Below, in pieces: positions 37,715 to 46,024 of a stretch of DNA of 46,024 nt. The notes beneath the pieces are model-generated. The model had not been told where the DNA came from. It saw only the letters and a program-made list of their open reading frames with translations, and did no database searches. The position numbers were made by a program, and so were the translations under genes. Source of the stretch: Pseudomonadota bacterium (GTDB lineage: Bacteria; Bdellovibrionota_B; Oligoflexia; Oligoflexales; CAIMVM01). Location: positions 1 through 46,024 of the forward strand of contig JBAXBA010000024.1 in assembly GCA_037142195.1 (NCBI GenBank), in the 5' to 3' direction. Every line of letters begins with the position of its first letter. Position 1 is the stretch's first letter.

Positions 37715-37751
37715 AAGGTTGCATAAGTTTTCGACTTACTGTTTCAGCCCT
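37715..37751 (+). repeat. Right copy of the imperfect 37-bp direct repeat bracketing the TA/Abi islet
   Basis: See left copy at 35074..35110. Confidence 0.5.
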
Positions 37752-37956
37752 CTGCTACGGACAGAAGTCAGCTCGAAATATATGCAGCATTTGATCTAGA
37801 AAGAAGCAGCACGCCCTACAAAATCTAAAATGTAGTGCCCCAGCTAAAATTTAACACTCTGATATTGTTCGTTTTTGTTCTTTTCTCTGTCGAAGTCGGG
37901 AGCTTTTTAGTCGCTTTCAGGAATGCGGTGACTAACCTCGGCTTAAATCGATCTTG

Positions 37957-38625
37957 CTAGTTTTTAAGAAAAGACAACAATTGATCTTTTTCTAATGCTG
38001 AAAGGGAATCAAAGCCTAGAACATAAGTCGTGTCGGTGGCCGAACCTTGTTTCTTTACGCCTCTCATCATCATACACATATGCTGAGCGGAAACTTTAAC
38101 AGCAATAGCCCTGGGGGCTAATAGATCCTGCAAAGCATCGCCCACTTCTTTGGTGAGGCGCTCTTGAACCTGAAGGCGCTTTGCGTAGATGTCGACGATT
38201 CGTGGAATCTTAGATAGCCCCACAATCTTTTGTGAAGGGAAATAAGCGACGGACGCATGACCCCAAAAGGGAAGGAGGTGATGCTCGCATTGACTAAAAA
38301 ACTCGACTTCCTTTACGGCAACGAGTCCTAGAGACTCCGAGGCAAATACTCCCGTACCTACCACATCATTAACAGATTGATGATAGCCCGCAAGCAGTTC
38401 TGACCAGGCTTTGGCGTAACGATAAGGGGTTCTGAGTAGTCCTTCCCGATTGGGATTTTCTCCAGCCAAAGCAAAGAGGGCGAGTGCGGCTTTTTCGGCA
38501 TTGGCGATGTTTTCATTTTGGAGGTTAAGGCTTGGCGCATGGGCCACGGCGCCTTTCTTCTCTTCAGTCTTTTCTTCAGAAAAACCAGAGGCTTCTGATG
38601 TTAAATTCTTGCCCCATGTATCCAT
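37957..38625 (-). CDS. folE: GTP cyclohydrolase I
   Basis: FFSQCEHHLLPFWGHASVAYFPSQKIVGLSKIPRIVDIYAKRLQVQERLT...SAQHMCMMMRGVKK is the FolE active-site region. Start is set at MDTWGK (38625); the longer track ORF start is rejected. Confidence 0.85.
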   Translation of the reverse strand: MDTWGKNLTSEASGFSEEKTEEKKGAVAHAPSLNLQNENIANAEKAALALFALAGENPNREGLLRTPYRYAKAWSELLAGYHQSVNDVVGTGVFASESLGLVAVKEVEFFSQCEHHLLPFWGHASVAYFPSQKIVGLSKIPRIVDIYAKRLQVQERLTKEVGDALQDLLAPRAIAVKVSAQHMCMMMRGVKKQGSATDTTYVLGFDSLSALEKDQLLSFLKN

Positions 38626-39084
38626 AAGATCAGCCTTTCCAAAAGTACTCAGCCCTTTACATAGCACGCTGAGTTTTAGAGTCCAGCCTATTCGGTCAGT
38701 CACTACATATAAACCCTGATTTAGACCAGCTTCTACCGGACTAGGGTCAGGTGGGACTTTGGAATAAGAGGCGTGCCTTTTCTGGATAAGTGATTGTTTT
38801 CGGGTGCTTGCGCCTCTTTTGCGACAAGCTCTAGAGCCTCTGTCATGGCCGTTAACTTGAGAAGGAGATTGCTTTTTACTTTGGGTGGTGGAGTCTCTAA
38901 TTCGTCTTGGAGTCTAAGGAGCCTGATACTAGATGAAGGTGATTTCGATGAATCCATGGTTGCCTCCTGCATGTTTGGAATCTCTTTTTTCTTTCGGTAC
39001 CCGGCAAGACATAGTAGGGTAAATTTTTGCCTAGTGCTGAACCATTGTCGTTTCAGCACTAGGCACGACCTTAGGGAGTCCTGT

Positions 39085-39897
39085 TTGCGGCTAGATCTTC
39101 AGCAGCTTAAATACGTAAGTTCAACGGCTAATCCTCAAGTAAAGCGAGCTGTGGGACTCTACGACCGTAAGACCAGCGAACAGGAAGGGGTATTTTTGGT
39201 TGATGGCGAGCGCCTCTTTTGCGACGGTCTAGAGTCAGCCCAGAAGTTTGAATCCGTTTTTTTGCTGGAAAAGCACCTTGACGCCTATCAAGGTAGCCTG
39301 GTTCGCCTCATCCAAGCAGGAACTGAAATTTTTATTGTGAATGATGCTGTCATGGCAAAATTAAGTGTCACAAAGAATCCCCAGGGGATCTTTGCCATAG
39401 CCATGAGGCAGCCTAGGGAGATTCCTTTAGACAGCACACTCCTTTTAATACTGGATGGTGTCTCAGATCCAGGCAACGCTGGGACTCTTCTCAGGGCTGC
39501 TGAGGCAGCTGGGGCCGAGGGGGTTGTCTTTACTCCAACTTCCGTGGATCCTTTTCACGAAAAAGTCGTGCGAAGCGCCATGGGGGCTCATTTTAGGCTC
39601 CCTCTTTGGCGGGGTCCCACAGTAGGGGAATTTCAAATACGCTTTCCAGATCATTCTCTTTTTCTGGCGGATTTGTCGGGGGACAAGTCCTATGCGGAGT
39701 TAGATTGGAAGCGAAAGTCGACTTTGATTGTCGGGGGTGAAGCTAACGGTGCGGGAGCTGAAGCTAAACTTCTGGCGAAGTCTATTTACATTGATATGCA
39801 CGGAAAGACCGAGTCATTGAATGCGGGAATTGCTGGTGCGGTTATTCTTTTTGAAGCAGCCCGCCAAAGAAGGTTTTCTGGCGCCTTAAGAACCTGA
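39085..39897 (+). CDS. SpoU/TrmH-family RNA 2'-O-methyltransferase
   Basis: SPOUT motifs LILDGVSDPGNAGTLLRAAEAAG, LIVGGEANG, LNAGIAGAVILFE. Start is proposed at TTG 39085 with AGGGAG RBS 7 nt upstream. The 97-aa upstream extension of the track ORF has no homology signal and overlaps the folE upstream region. Confidence 0.7.
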   Translation: MRLDLQQLKYVSSTANPQVKRAVGLYDRKTSEQEGVFLVDGERLFCDGLESAQKFESVFLLEKHLDAYQGSLVRLIQAGTEIFIVNDAVMAKLSVTKNPQGIFAIAMRQPREIPLDSTLLLILDGVSDPGNAGTLLRAAEAAGAEGVVFTPTSVDPFHEKVVRSAMGAHFRLPLWRGPTVGEFQIRFPDHSLFLADLSGDKSYAELDWKRKSTLIVGGEANGAGAEAKLLAKSIYIDMHGKTESLNAGIAGAVILFEAARQRRFSGALRT

Positions 39898-39959
39898 GTC
39901 CAAAGGATAAGCCGCTTTCCTTACTCTTTCGGCTCTTAAGCGTCCTAATTCAGCCCGGA

Positions 39960-40667
39960 CTATAGGATGTCTTCATAAAATGCTCCAAATCTTTTCTCTG
40001 GATCTAAAATTTGCACCTCTAGAACCCAAAGAGATTTCGAAGGAATAAATTTTGTGTCAGAAAGACTCATCTTGGTGTGGCGGTTATGGGGGAAATCGCC
40101 GAGTCTATGACCACAAACATCTTCTCTTAAGACAAACCCTAATTCCGTGCTTCGATTTTTAAGGAATTGGTAGATTTCATAGCCAGTTTTTGGCTCTTTG
40201 TGCCAAAGGTTTCTGGCTTCTTGAAACAAGTCGCGACAGACTTTCGTACAGTGGTTTGCCGCTGAGTTTTCACCTAAAATAAAAGTGTCGCCAAAATCAC
40301 CTTCATATTCCAATTGAGTTTCTGAATCAAACCACACTGGGCCTAAATCAAGAAAAGCAGGTTGACCCAAAGCGAGGCTTGGGCCCGTTTCTTGGCCTTC
40401 ATTAAAACTTAATAGAGTTCCTTTTCCAAATCTTGCATGAGGCTTATGCCAATGCTTCTTGCAGCCTAAATCTGAAAAAATAGTGTAGATGAGGCGCCTT
40501 GCTTCACTTTCCGACATCCCCTCCCTTAGCTGGGAAGTAATCATTTTGTAGGCATGAATGGTTTTCTCGCGAGCCATCCACAAGCCTTTTTCCAAAAAAG
40601 CAGGATCAACTCCTTCCCATGCTTTAAAATCTAGGGAATGTATGCCGATTTGATGCGGTAAACTCAT
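39960..40667 (-). CDS. M24-like (pita-bread fold) metallopeptidase-family protein, short form
   Basis: LDLGPVWFDSETQLEYEGDFGDTFILG (D.G...GY.sD.TRT-like) and CGHRLGDFPHN (GHGIG..HE-like) suggest a creatinase/prolidase fold. Tentative. Confidence 0.4.
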   Translation of the reverse strand: MSLPHQIGIHSLDFKAWEGVDPAFLEKGLWMAREKTIHAYKMITSQLREGMSESEARRLIYTIFSDLGCKKHWHKPHARFGKGTLLSFNEGQETGPSLALGQPAFLDLGPVWFDSETQLEYEGDFGDTFILGENSAANHCTKVCRDLFQEARNLWHKEPKTGYEIYQFLKNRSTELGFVLREDVCGHRLGDFPHNRHTKMSLSDTKFIPSKSLWVLEVQILDPEKRFGAFYEDIL

Positions 40668-40929
40668 ATTTAGGCCTATGGAAGATGTTTAAAGCTGGTT
40701 CTGCTTAATGAGACTTATAGCAGAGAGAAGATTAACAATCCATGCCTTCAGTTGAGGCTTGTGGCACTTCTCGCCCAACTCAGGATCCATCCGCATCTCT
40801 CTATGCAAGTTGACAAAAAACGTAGCCTCGCGGACTTTCGAAATACATACTTCTTTTGGGGAAATTAGGAACTCAAATAATCTCTTTAGAACTCTTGATC
40901 TGACTTAGGTCATTTCGAGGCTTAAGCAC

Positions 40930-41529
40930 TCAGATATTGCACGAAAAACTAGATTTGTCGGTGATACTTGCTTTCACGCTTGTCTCGATCGGATTTCTGG
41001 GGTTGCTCTTTAGGTGAGTTTGAACCATGTCCCCACAAAGGATTACCCCTGAAACTGTAGCTGGCTCAGCGAATGTAATGTCTACTGAGCATGTACCAGA
41101 ATAAGCAAAGGCATCAACCGTGGTGTCAGCTCGATAGGTGGCGTATTTATTGTAAGTAGGACTTGACGTCGTGTTGTTGGGTATCGTTAAGGAAATGCCA
41201 CAGCCGTCGAAATAACTTCCCACATCAGGGCCATTCTTATTGTCAGTCGCTTGGCTACAAGTGTATTTTTTGTTGGATTTAGAAAAACCGCGAATTTTCA
41301 CCGCCAAGTTGGTATTCGTTCCGCTGTTAAAAGATGCTTCAAAGGTCCCATTGTTGCCATCAAATTTACAGTTATATAGGGTTGTAAAAGAATAGGACTT
41401 GGATTCAGCGGACGTTGATGAAGAAAGAGAAATGACCGAGTAAACCCCTCCTGGAAGCGGATCGCTCTTTTTAGAGCTAGAACCACATGACGCAGTAACA
41501 ATACAAATAAAGATCAGGGAAGCTTTCAT
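40930..41529 (-). CDS. Hypothetical lipoprotein, Ser/Thr-rich
   Basis: Start at MKASLIFICIVTASCGSS (lipobox TASC) with GGGAGA RBS; the earlier track start is rejected. Confidence 0.5.
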   Translation of the reverse strand: MKASLIFICIVTASCGSSSKKSDPLPGGVYSVISLSSSTSAESKSYSFTTLYNCKFDGNNGTFEASFNSGTNTNLAVKIRGFSKSNKKYTCSQATDNKNGPDVGSYFDGCGISLTIPNNTTSSPTYNKYATYRADTTVDAFAYSGTCSVDITFAEPATVSGVILCGDMVQTHLKSNPRNPIETSVKASITDKSSFSCNI

Positions 41530-41613
41530 GGAGATCTCCCAAATTGTTTTCAAAAATTATGTCAGGTAATTCCTTGAGATACAATTTAGAAAAATTGAAA
41601 ATTTCTGACAAAT

Positions 41614-41640
41614 GAAAAAATCCCAGGCGATTGGCCTGGG
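41614..41640 (-). terminator. Rho-independent terminator of the EF-G gene
   Basis: On the minus strand: cccaggc caatc gcctggg followed by attttttc, immediately 3' of the fusA stop. Confidence 0.75.
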
Positions 41641-41650
41641 ATCTCTAAGC

Positions 41651-43744
41651 TTACTTTTTAGAACCTTTAGCGCGTTCTTCTTGGTACTTCTTAATGAGCT
41701 GTTCTTGGATCGAGCTTGGAACTGCTCGATATTTAGCAAATTCCATGGAGAATCCGGCTTTGCCTTGAGTCATGGAGCGAAGCTGTGTGGAATACCCGAA
41801 CATTTCGGAAAGGGGAACTTCCGCAATAACTACGGCAACGTCTCCACGCATATCGGTACCTTGCAAGATCCCTCTGCGAGACGAAATATCACCTTGAACA
41901 GTACCTTGGAAATCCAGAGGAGTTTCCACTTCTACTTTCATAATAGGCTCAAGAATCGTTGGTTTGGACGCGATAAAAGCTTCTTTAAACGCTTCTCTTG
42001 CTGCAATTTTAAAGGCCATTTCTGAAGAATCCACCGGGTGGAAGGTTCCGTCGGTAAGCTCAATTTCCACCCCAATTACTTGGAATCCAGCCAAGGGGCC
42101 TTTATCCATAGACTCTTTAAAGCCTTTTTCACAACCAGGAATGTATTCTTTAGGAATCGATCCACCTACAACCAAGTTAGTGAATTTGAAGTTTCCTTCA
42201 GCACCTTCGGATATGGGTTTTAAGCGACCCACAACGTGGCCGTACTGACCGGAACCACCTGTTTGCTTCTTATGCTTATAGTCAAAGGAAGCTTCTTTTC
42301 CTGGCGACTCTCTGTAGTTTACTTTGGGCTGACCAATGACTACGTTCGCTTTGTATTCCCGTTGAATTCTCTGGACATAGATCTCAAGGTGAAGTTCTCC
42401 CATGCCGCGGATGATCGTCTCATTAGACTCGTCGTCGACATAAACTCTAAAAGTGGGGTCTTCTTTCATAAAGCGGTTTAAGGCTTTTGAGATTTTAGTG
42501 AGGTCGTCTTGTTTTTCAGCTTTAATGGCAAGCTCAATTACAGGCTCAGGGATAAACATCGATTCCATGGTGGTGTTGATGTTTTCATCGCAATAGGTGT
42601 CGCCAGATGCGCACTCCACGCCTACCATAGCGATAATATCGCCTGCAGTGGCTTCAGCTAGCTCCACTTTATCATTGGAGAACATTTGCACAAATCTACC
42701 GATTCGCTGGGATTTTCCTAAGCGAGGGTTATATGCAGAATCGCCTTTCTTAAGGGTTCCTTGATAGATGCGGGTATAAGTCAGCTGTCCAAAGGTTTCG
42801 TCAGTAATCTTAAATGCCATAGCAATCAAAGGCTTGTTGGCTTCTGGGAAGACTTCAACGCGCTCTTCGTTCTTGAATCCCCAATATTGACGATCAAGTG
42901 GTGATGGCAAGTAGGTTAAGACAGCGTCTAGTAGCTCTTGTACACCCTTGTCTTTAAATGCAGAGCCCATAAACACAGGAGTCAATTTACGAGCAATAGT
43001 TGCTTCACGAATGGTTTTTTGAACGAGCTCTAAAGAAGGCTCTTTGTCTTCAAGAATCAGCTCTGTAAGTTCGTCTGAGAACATGGCCACGGAATCTAAA
43101 AGCTTCTGGCGATAGTCTTTAGCTTTTTCGACATAGCCATCTGGAATTTCTTTATAAACAACATCAAGGCCTTTTTCGCCTTCGAAATAGACAGCCTTCA
43201 TCTTAAGAAGATCAATCACGCCACCAAAGTCGCCTTCAGAACCAATGGGGATTTGCATCATAACCGCGTTGTGACTTAGCTTTTCGCGAAGTTGATCCGT
43301 GACTCGGTAAGGATCCGATCCTGCACGGTCAAGTTTGTTGATAAACGCCAAACAAGGCACGTTATATCGTCTCATTTGACGATCTACGGTAATAGATTGT
43401 GACTGAACCCCGGAAGTGCCGCAAAGTACTAAGACTGCGCCGTCCAAAACTCTTAACGAACGTTCTACTTCAACTGTGAAGTCAACGTGTCCTGGGGTGT
43501 CTATGAGTTGAATCTTGTGGTCTTTCCACTCGACTGTTACGGCTGCAGAAGTGATCGTGATTCCACGTTCTTTTTCGAGCTCCATATGGTCCATCTTGGC
43601 ACCATCGCCACCGCCCCTGACTTCGTTGATTCTGTGGATCATACCTGTATAGAACAGGATCCGTTCAGAAAGAGTCGTTTTGCCCGAGTCAATATGGGCA
43701 GAGATACCAATGTTTCTGTATTTCGCAAGGTGAAATTTGCTCAT
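41651..43744 (-). CDS. fusA: Elongation factor G (stand-alone paralog, EF-G2-like genomic context)
   Basis: G1-G4 motifs [18 protein letters not shown]; 697 aa; full five-domain architecture. Not flanked by rpsL/rpsG/tuf. Confidence 0.9.
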   Translation of the reverse strand: MSKFHLAKYRNIGISAHIDSGKTTLSERILFYTGMIHRINEVRGGGDGAKMDHMELEKERGITITSAAVTVEWKDHKIQLIDTPGHVDFTVEVERSLRVLDGAVLVLCGTSGVQSQSITVDRQMRRYNVPCLAFINKLDRAGSDPYRVTDQLREKLSHNAVMMQIPIGSEGDFGGVIDLLKMKAVYFEGEKGLDVVYKEIPDGYVEKAKDYRQKLLDSVAMFSDELTELILEDKEPSLELVQKTIREATIARKLTPVFMGSAFKDKGVQELLDAVLTYLPSPLDRQYWGFKNEERVEVFPEANKPLIAMAFKITDETFGQLTYTRIYQGTLKKGDSAYNPRLGKSQRIGRFVQMFSNDKVELAEATAGDIIAMVGVECASGDTYCDENINTTMESMFIPEPVIELAIKAEKQDDLTKISKALNRFMKEDPTFRVYVDDESNETIIRGMGELHLEIYVQRIQREYKANVVIGQPKVNYRESPGKEASFDYKHKKQTGGSGQYGHVVGRLKPISEGAEGNFKFTNLVVGGSIPKEYIPGCEKGFKESMDKGPLAGFQVIGVEIELTDGTFHPVDSSEMAFKIAAREAFKEAFIASKPTILEPIMKVEVETPLDFQGTVQGDISSRRGILQGTDMRGDVAVVIAEVPLSEMFGYSTQLRSMTQGKAGFSMEFAKYRAVPSSIQEQLIKKYQEERAKGSKK

Positions 43745-43978
43745 GCGTATTCGTTCCTAACATAGAAAAGACCAGGTTACGGCTGCCCAGATCACCTGGA
43801 CGAAGGCGGTAATGTAAACGTAACTGGCTTATAGAGCAAGCGGTTATTGCAGTTACTGTGAAATTCCCCAAAATTATGTCCTAATTTATTCATGGCTTAG
43901 GGGTTTTAGCAAAATATTTACTTAACTACCTTGCCTTCTGGGCCGAGATTTCACGGTGATGGGTTTGGGGAGGATGCT

Positions 43979-45520
43979 ATGTCACAAGGCTTACCAAGTT
44001 TAGATCTTAATATGGATGGTTCTGCGCCCCAAAAGGATGCAGGCAAGGACCAGCCCTTTAGGCCTTTACCTTCATCTTCCTTTTCAGGGATACAAGAAAA
44101 AAATGCAAAAGAACAAGGTTCTGCAGGCGGCCATAATTTTTTGGAAGTTACAGCGAGTTTGCTTGAAGGGGCAGAAACTACTGGATTTGACGCTACCAAA
44201 CAGGGACAGCAGCCAGCAAAGGACCAAATCCAAGACATGAGTATCCCAAATTCTGCGGCGTTTTGGGAAAGCGGGCAAAACAAAGATGGAAGTTCCTTAG
44301 TAACGGGTCCTAAGCTTCTAGGTGCAAAGAGTGAAATGTCTGTAAGCTCGATTGGCGAGCTCATGACAAGGGGGAATCTACGAATATATGTGATGATTGG
44401 TGTGCTCGTCTCTCTCGTGGCACTTGTAGTCTTCATGAAGCCAGAGCTTCTAAGCTCTATACCTGGCTGGGATTCTATAACGGGCGAAAAGTCAACCAAC
44501 GAGACGACAGACAATCCCTTAGGTGTCGCCGATCCTAATCAAGTTGAGTCTAGCACTGTTTCTGATCCCTCGTCGGTTCCTTCTGACCCAGCTTTGACAC
44601 ATCAGGGTGCAGGAGGCATGGAATTAACTTGGCAAGAAAACCCGTATTGGTTTTTACCAAATGATCTAGATCAAAAGATTGCACCGCCCACTGTAAAATG
44701 GAATCCGGAGCAGGAAGAGGCTTGGGGATCATCCTCTGAGGGCTCGGTGATGTGGGCAAAGTACCAGTCTCTATTTGAAATTCGGAAGTTGCCTCGCTTA
44801 GGAGCTGAGCAAGTGCTTTGGAAGCTCAGCAAAGGTAAAAAGTTTTGGCTTAGAATCATGTCGTTAATGGCCCTTGCGGAAATGGGTCAAAAAATTGAAA
44901 CCGCCCATGTAGAACAGTCGATTGAGGGCGTGAGTCCGGAGCTGATTTCTCGATTTGTTACAAGATTTGAAAAGAAAAGTACGGTTGGCGAGAGATTGAT
45001 TCTTAGGTTCTTGCTTAAACTAGTAAATGAAGATGCGAGATACAGTATCCTTAAAGGTTTGGCCTTTCAAAAAGATAGATTTTCCTATTTGTATCTCGTA
45101 GCAGGAACCTACGATCCAGGTGTCTCGGTGTCAAGTTTTTCTAGACGCCAAATTTTAAAGCTTCATCCGGAAGAATTGGAGCGACTCAAAAAAGTCGTGA
45201 CAGGAGAAGCAACCTTTGGATTGCCACCCCCAACCAAAGACACGATGGTTCATGAAGTCACAGACAGCGCGCCGGCAACTTCAAGCGGCCCATTAGAAAA
45301 AGAATTACAGGCAAATTTGGATTCCGAAGCAGCCGATTCAACTTCTCCAAAGAATGAAAGTCAAAGTCAAGACGAGTCCCTTTCTCCAGAAACTCTTAAT
45401 TCAGCTGATATTGCCGAAGAAGTTCCTTCAGACAACACAGATTCAAGCCTTAAGAAAACCAGTGCCGTCGATAACTCATCGGCTGGGCCCGAAAAGGGCA
45501 GTGAAGAAGGAACTAAGTAA
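43979..45520 (+). CDS. Hypothetical membrane protein with disordered low-complexity N- and C-terminal regions
   Basis: Start at MSQGLPSL with GGGGAGG RBS; single TM (IYVMIGVLVSLVALVVFM); Ser/Asp/Glu-rich tail. The stop overlaps the proC start (TAATG). Confidence 0.5.
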   Translation: MSQGLPSLDLNMDGSAPQKDAGKDQPFRPLPSSSFSGIQEKNAKEQGSAGGHNFLEVTASLLEGAETTGFDATKQGQQPAKDQIQDMSIPNSAAFWESGQNKDGSSLVTGPKLLGAKSEMSVSSIGELMTRGNLRIYVMIGVLVSLVALVVFMKPELLSSIPGWDSITGEKSTNETTDNPLGVADPNQVESSTVSDPSSVPSDPALTHQGAGGMELTWQENPYWFLPNDLDQKIAPPTVKWNPEQEEAWGSSSEGSVMWAKYQSLFEIRKLPRLGAEQVLWKLSKGKKFWLRIMSLMALAEMGQKIETAHVEQSIEGVSPELISRFVTRFEKKSTVGERLILRFLLKLVNEDARYSILKGLAFQKDRFSYLYLVAGTYDPGVSVSSFSRRQILKLHPEELERLKKVVTGEATFGLPPPTKDTMVHEVTDSAPATSSGPLEKELQANLDSEAADSTSPKNESQSQDESLSPETLNSADIAEEVPSDNTDSSLKKTSAVDNSSAGPEKGSEEGTK

Positions 45521-46024
45521 TGGTCCATGTACTTTTAGTTGGTGCGGGAAATATGGGGTTTGCGTTAGCACAAGGGATTAAAGAAAAGAACAAATACAAT
45601 CTTGACATATTTGACGTCCACGTTTCAAAAGTTAAAGAATTTGGCGATCAACTAAATGTTACTGTGCTTCAAGAGATTCCTCGGCAGGTTGTCTATGATG
45701 TCATTGTACTTTGCATTAAGCCCCAAGATCTTATTGAGGTTGGTGGATGGCTGCCCCATGTAAGTAATCATGAGACTTTATTAGTTTCAATCTTAGCAGG
45801 CCAAGCCATTGAGGGACTTCGATCCACAACTCATCATTCAGGGCCGATCCTTCGAGCCATGCCAAATATTGCAGCCAAGATTCATCAAGCAGCCACAGCT
45901 CTGAGCTTCTGTGATCTCTGTACATTGAAAGATAAGGCTATAGGTATAGACATATTTGAATCCATAGGAAGTGTGGTCGAAATTAAGGAATACTTGATGG
46001 ATGCCGTCACCGGACTCTCTGGAA
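45520..46024 (+). CDS. proC: Pyrroline-5-carboxylate reductase, 5' portion (runs off the window end)
   Basis: MVHVLLVGAGNMGFALAQG is the NADP-binding Rossmann motif typical of ProC; the ORF is open to the window end. Confidence 0.7.
   Translation, partial: MVHVLLVGAGNMGFALAQGIKEKNKYNLDIFDVHVSKVKEFGDQLNVTVLQEIPRQVVYDVIVLCIKPQDLIEVGGWLPHVSNHETLLVSILAGQAIEGLRSTTHHSGPILRAMPNIAAKIHQAATALSFCDLCTLKDKAIGIDIFESIGSVVEIKEYLMDAVTGLSG

Noticed and set aside
38733-39059. 108-aa minus-strand ORF between folE and the methyltransferase gene
   Set aside because: Low-complexity, no recognisable motif, overlaps the alternative upstream extension of the methyltransferase ORF. Could be a real small protein, but unsupported.
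38794-39084. 97-codon N-terminal extension of the SpoU/TrmH methyltransferase ORF
   Set aside because: No similarity to the SPOUT N-terminus, and it overlaps the folE upstream region on the other strand. An in-frame TTG at 39085 with AGGGAG RBS gives a normal 270-aa TrmH-family protein.

Overview
Bacterial chromosomal window (~46 kb, roughly 45% GC) from a diderm organism, judged from numerous lipoprotein and signal-peptide genes and frequent GTG/TTG start codons. I cannot place the organism more precisely from sequence alone.

Layout, start to end:
1. 1-1700: gene-poor, decayed-looking region containing a truncated, frameshifted duplicate of the 3' end of the downstream AAA-ATPase/PD-(D/E)XK nuclease gene.
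2. 1.7-6.6 kb: an AAA-ATPase/PD-(D/E)XK nuclease gene convergent with a large SNF2 helicase carrying an N-terminal SWIM zinc finger.
3. 6.6-9.6 kb: a 0.7-kb non-coding stretch with a perfect palindrome, a hypothetical gene, pyrE and an SGNH hydrolase.
4. 9.8-14.6 kb: a compact oleA-oleB-oleC-oleD operon for head-to-head olefin biosynthesis.
5. 14.8-15.5 kb: a HEPN/MNT (HI0074-type) toxin-antitoxin pair.
6. 15.9-22 kb: secreted and lipoprotein genes (cysteine-rich secreted protein, 3D-domain protein, GNAT, SPFH, a 623-aa lipoprotein).
7. 22.1-34.6 kb: a large polysaccharide locus combining Wza, a Wzc-like protein with a degenerate kinase domain, a Wzy/ligase-like protein, a processive GT2 synthase with the QxxRW motif co-operonic with an ATP-grasp enzyme, a clan GH-A hydrolase, a GT4 enzyme, a WecB/TagA enzyme and a priming sugar transferase. 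No Wzx flippase is visible.
8. 34.9-37.8 kb: a small islet bounded by imperfect 37-bp direct repeats. It holds an excisionase-like HTH remnant, an orphan HepT/DUF86 gene and an intact AbiEi/AbiEii module preceded by a perfect 18-bp inverted-repeat operator.
9. 38-46 kb: housekeeping genes folE, a SpoU/TrmH methyltransferase, an M24-like protein, a lipoprotein, a stand-alone EF-G paralog with its own terminator, a low-complexity membrane protein and the 5' part of proC.

No rRNA, tRNA or CRISPR array was recognised. Every family assignment rests on motif recognition by eye, without database searches.
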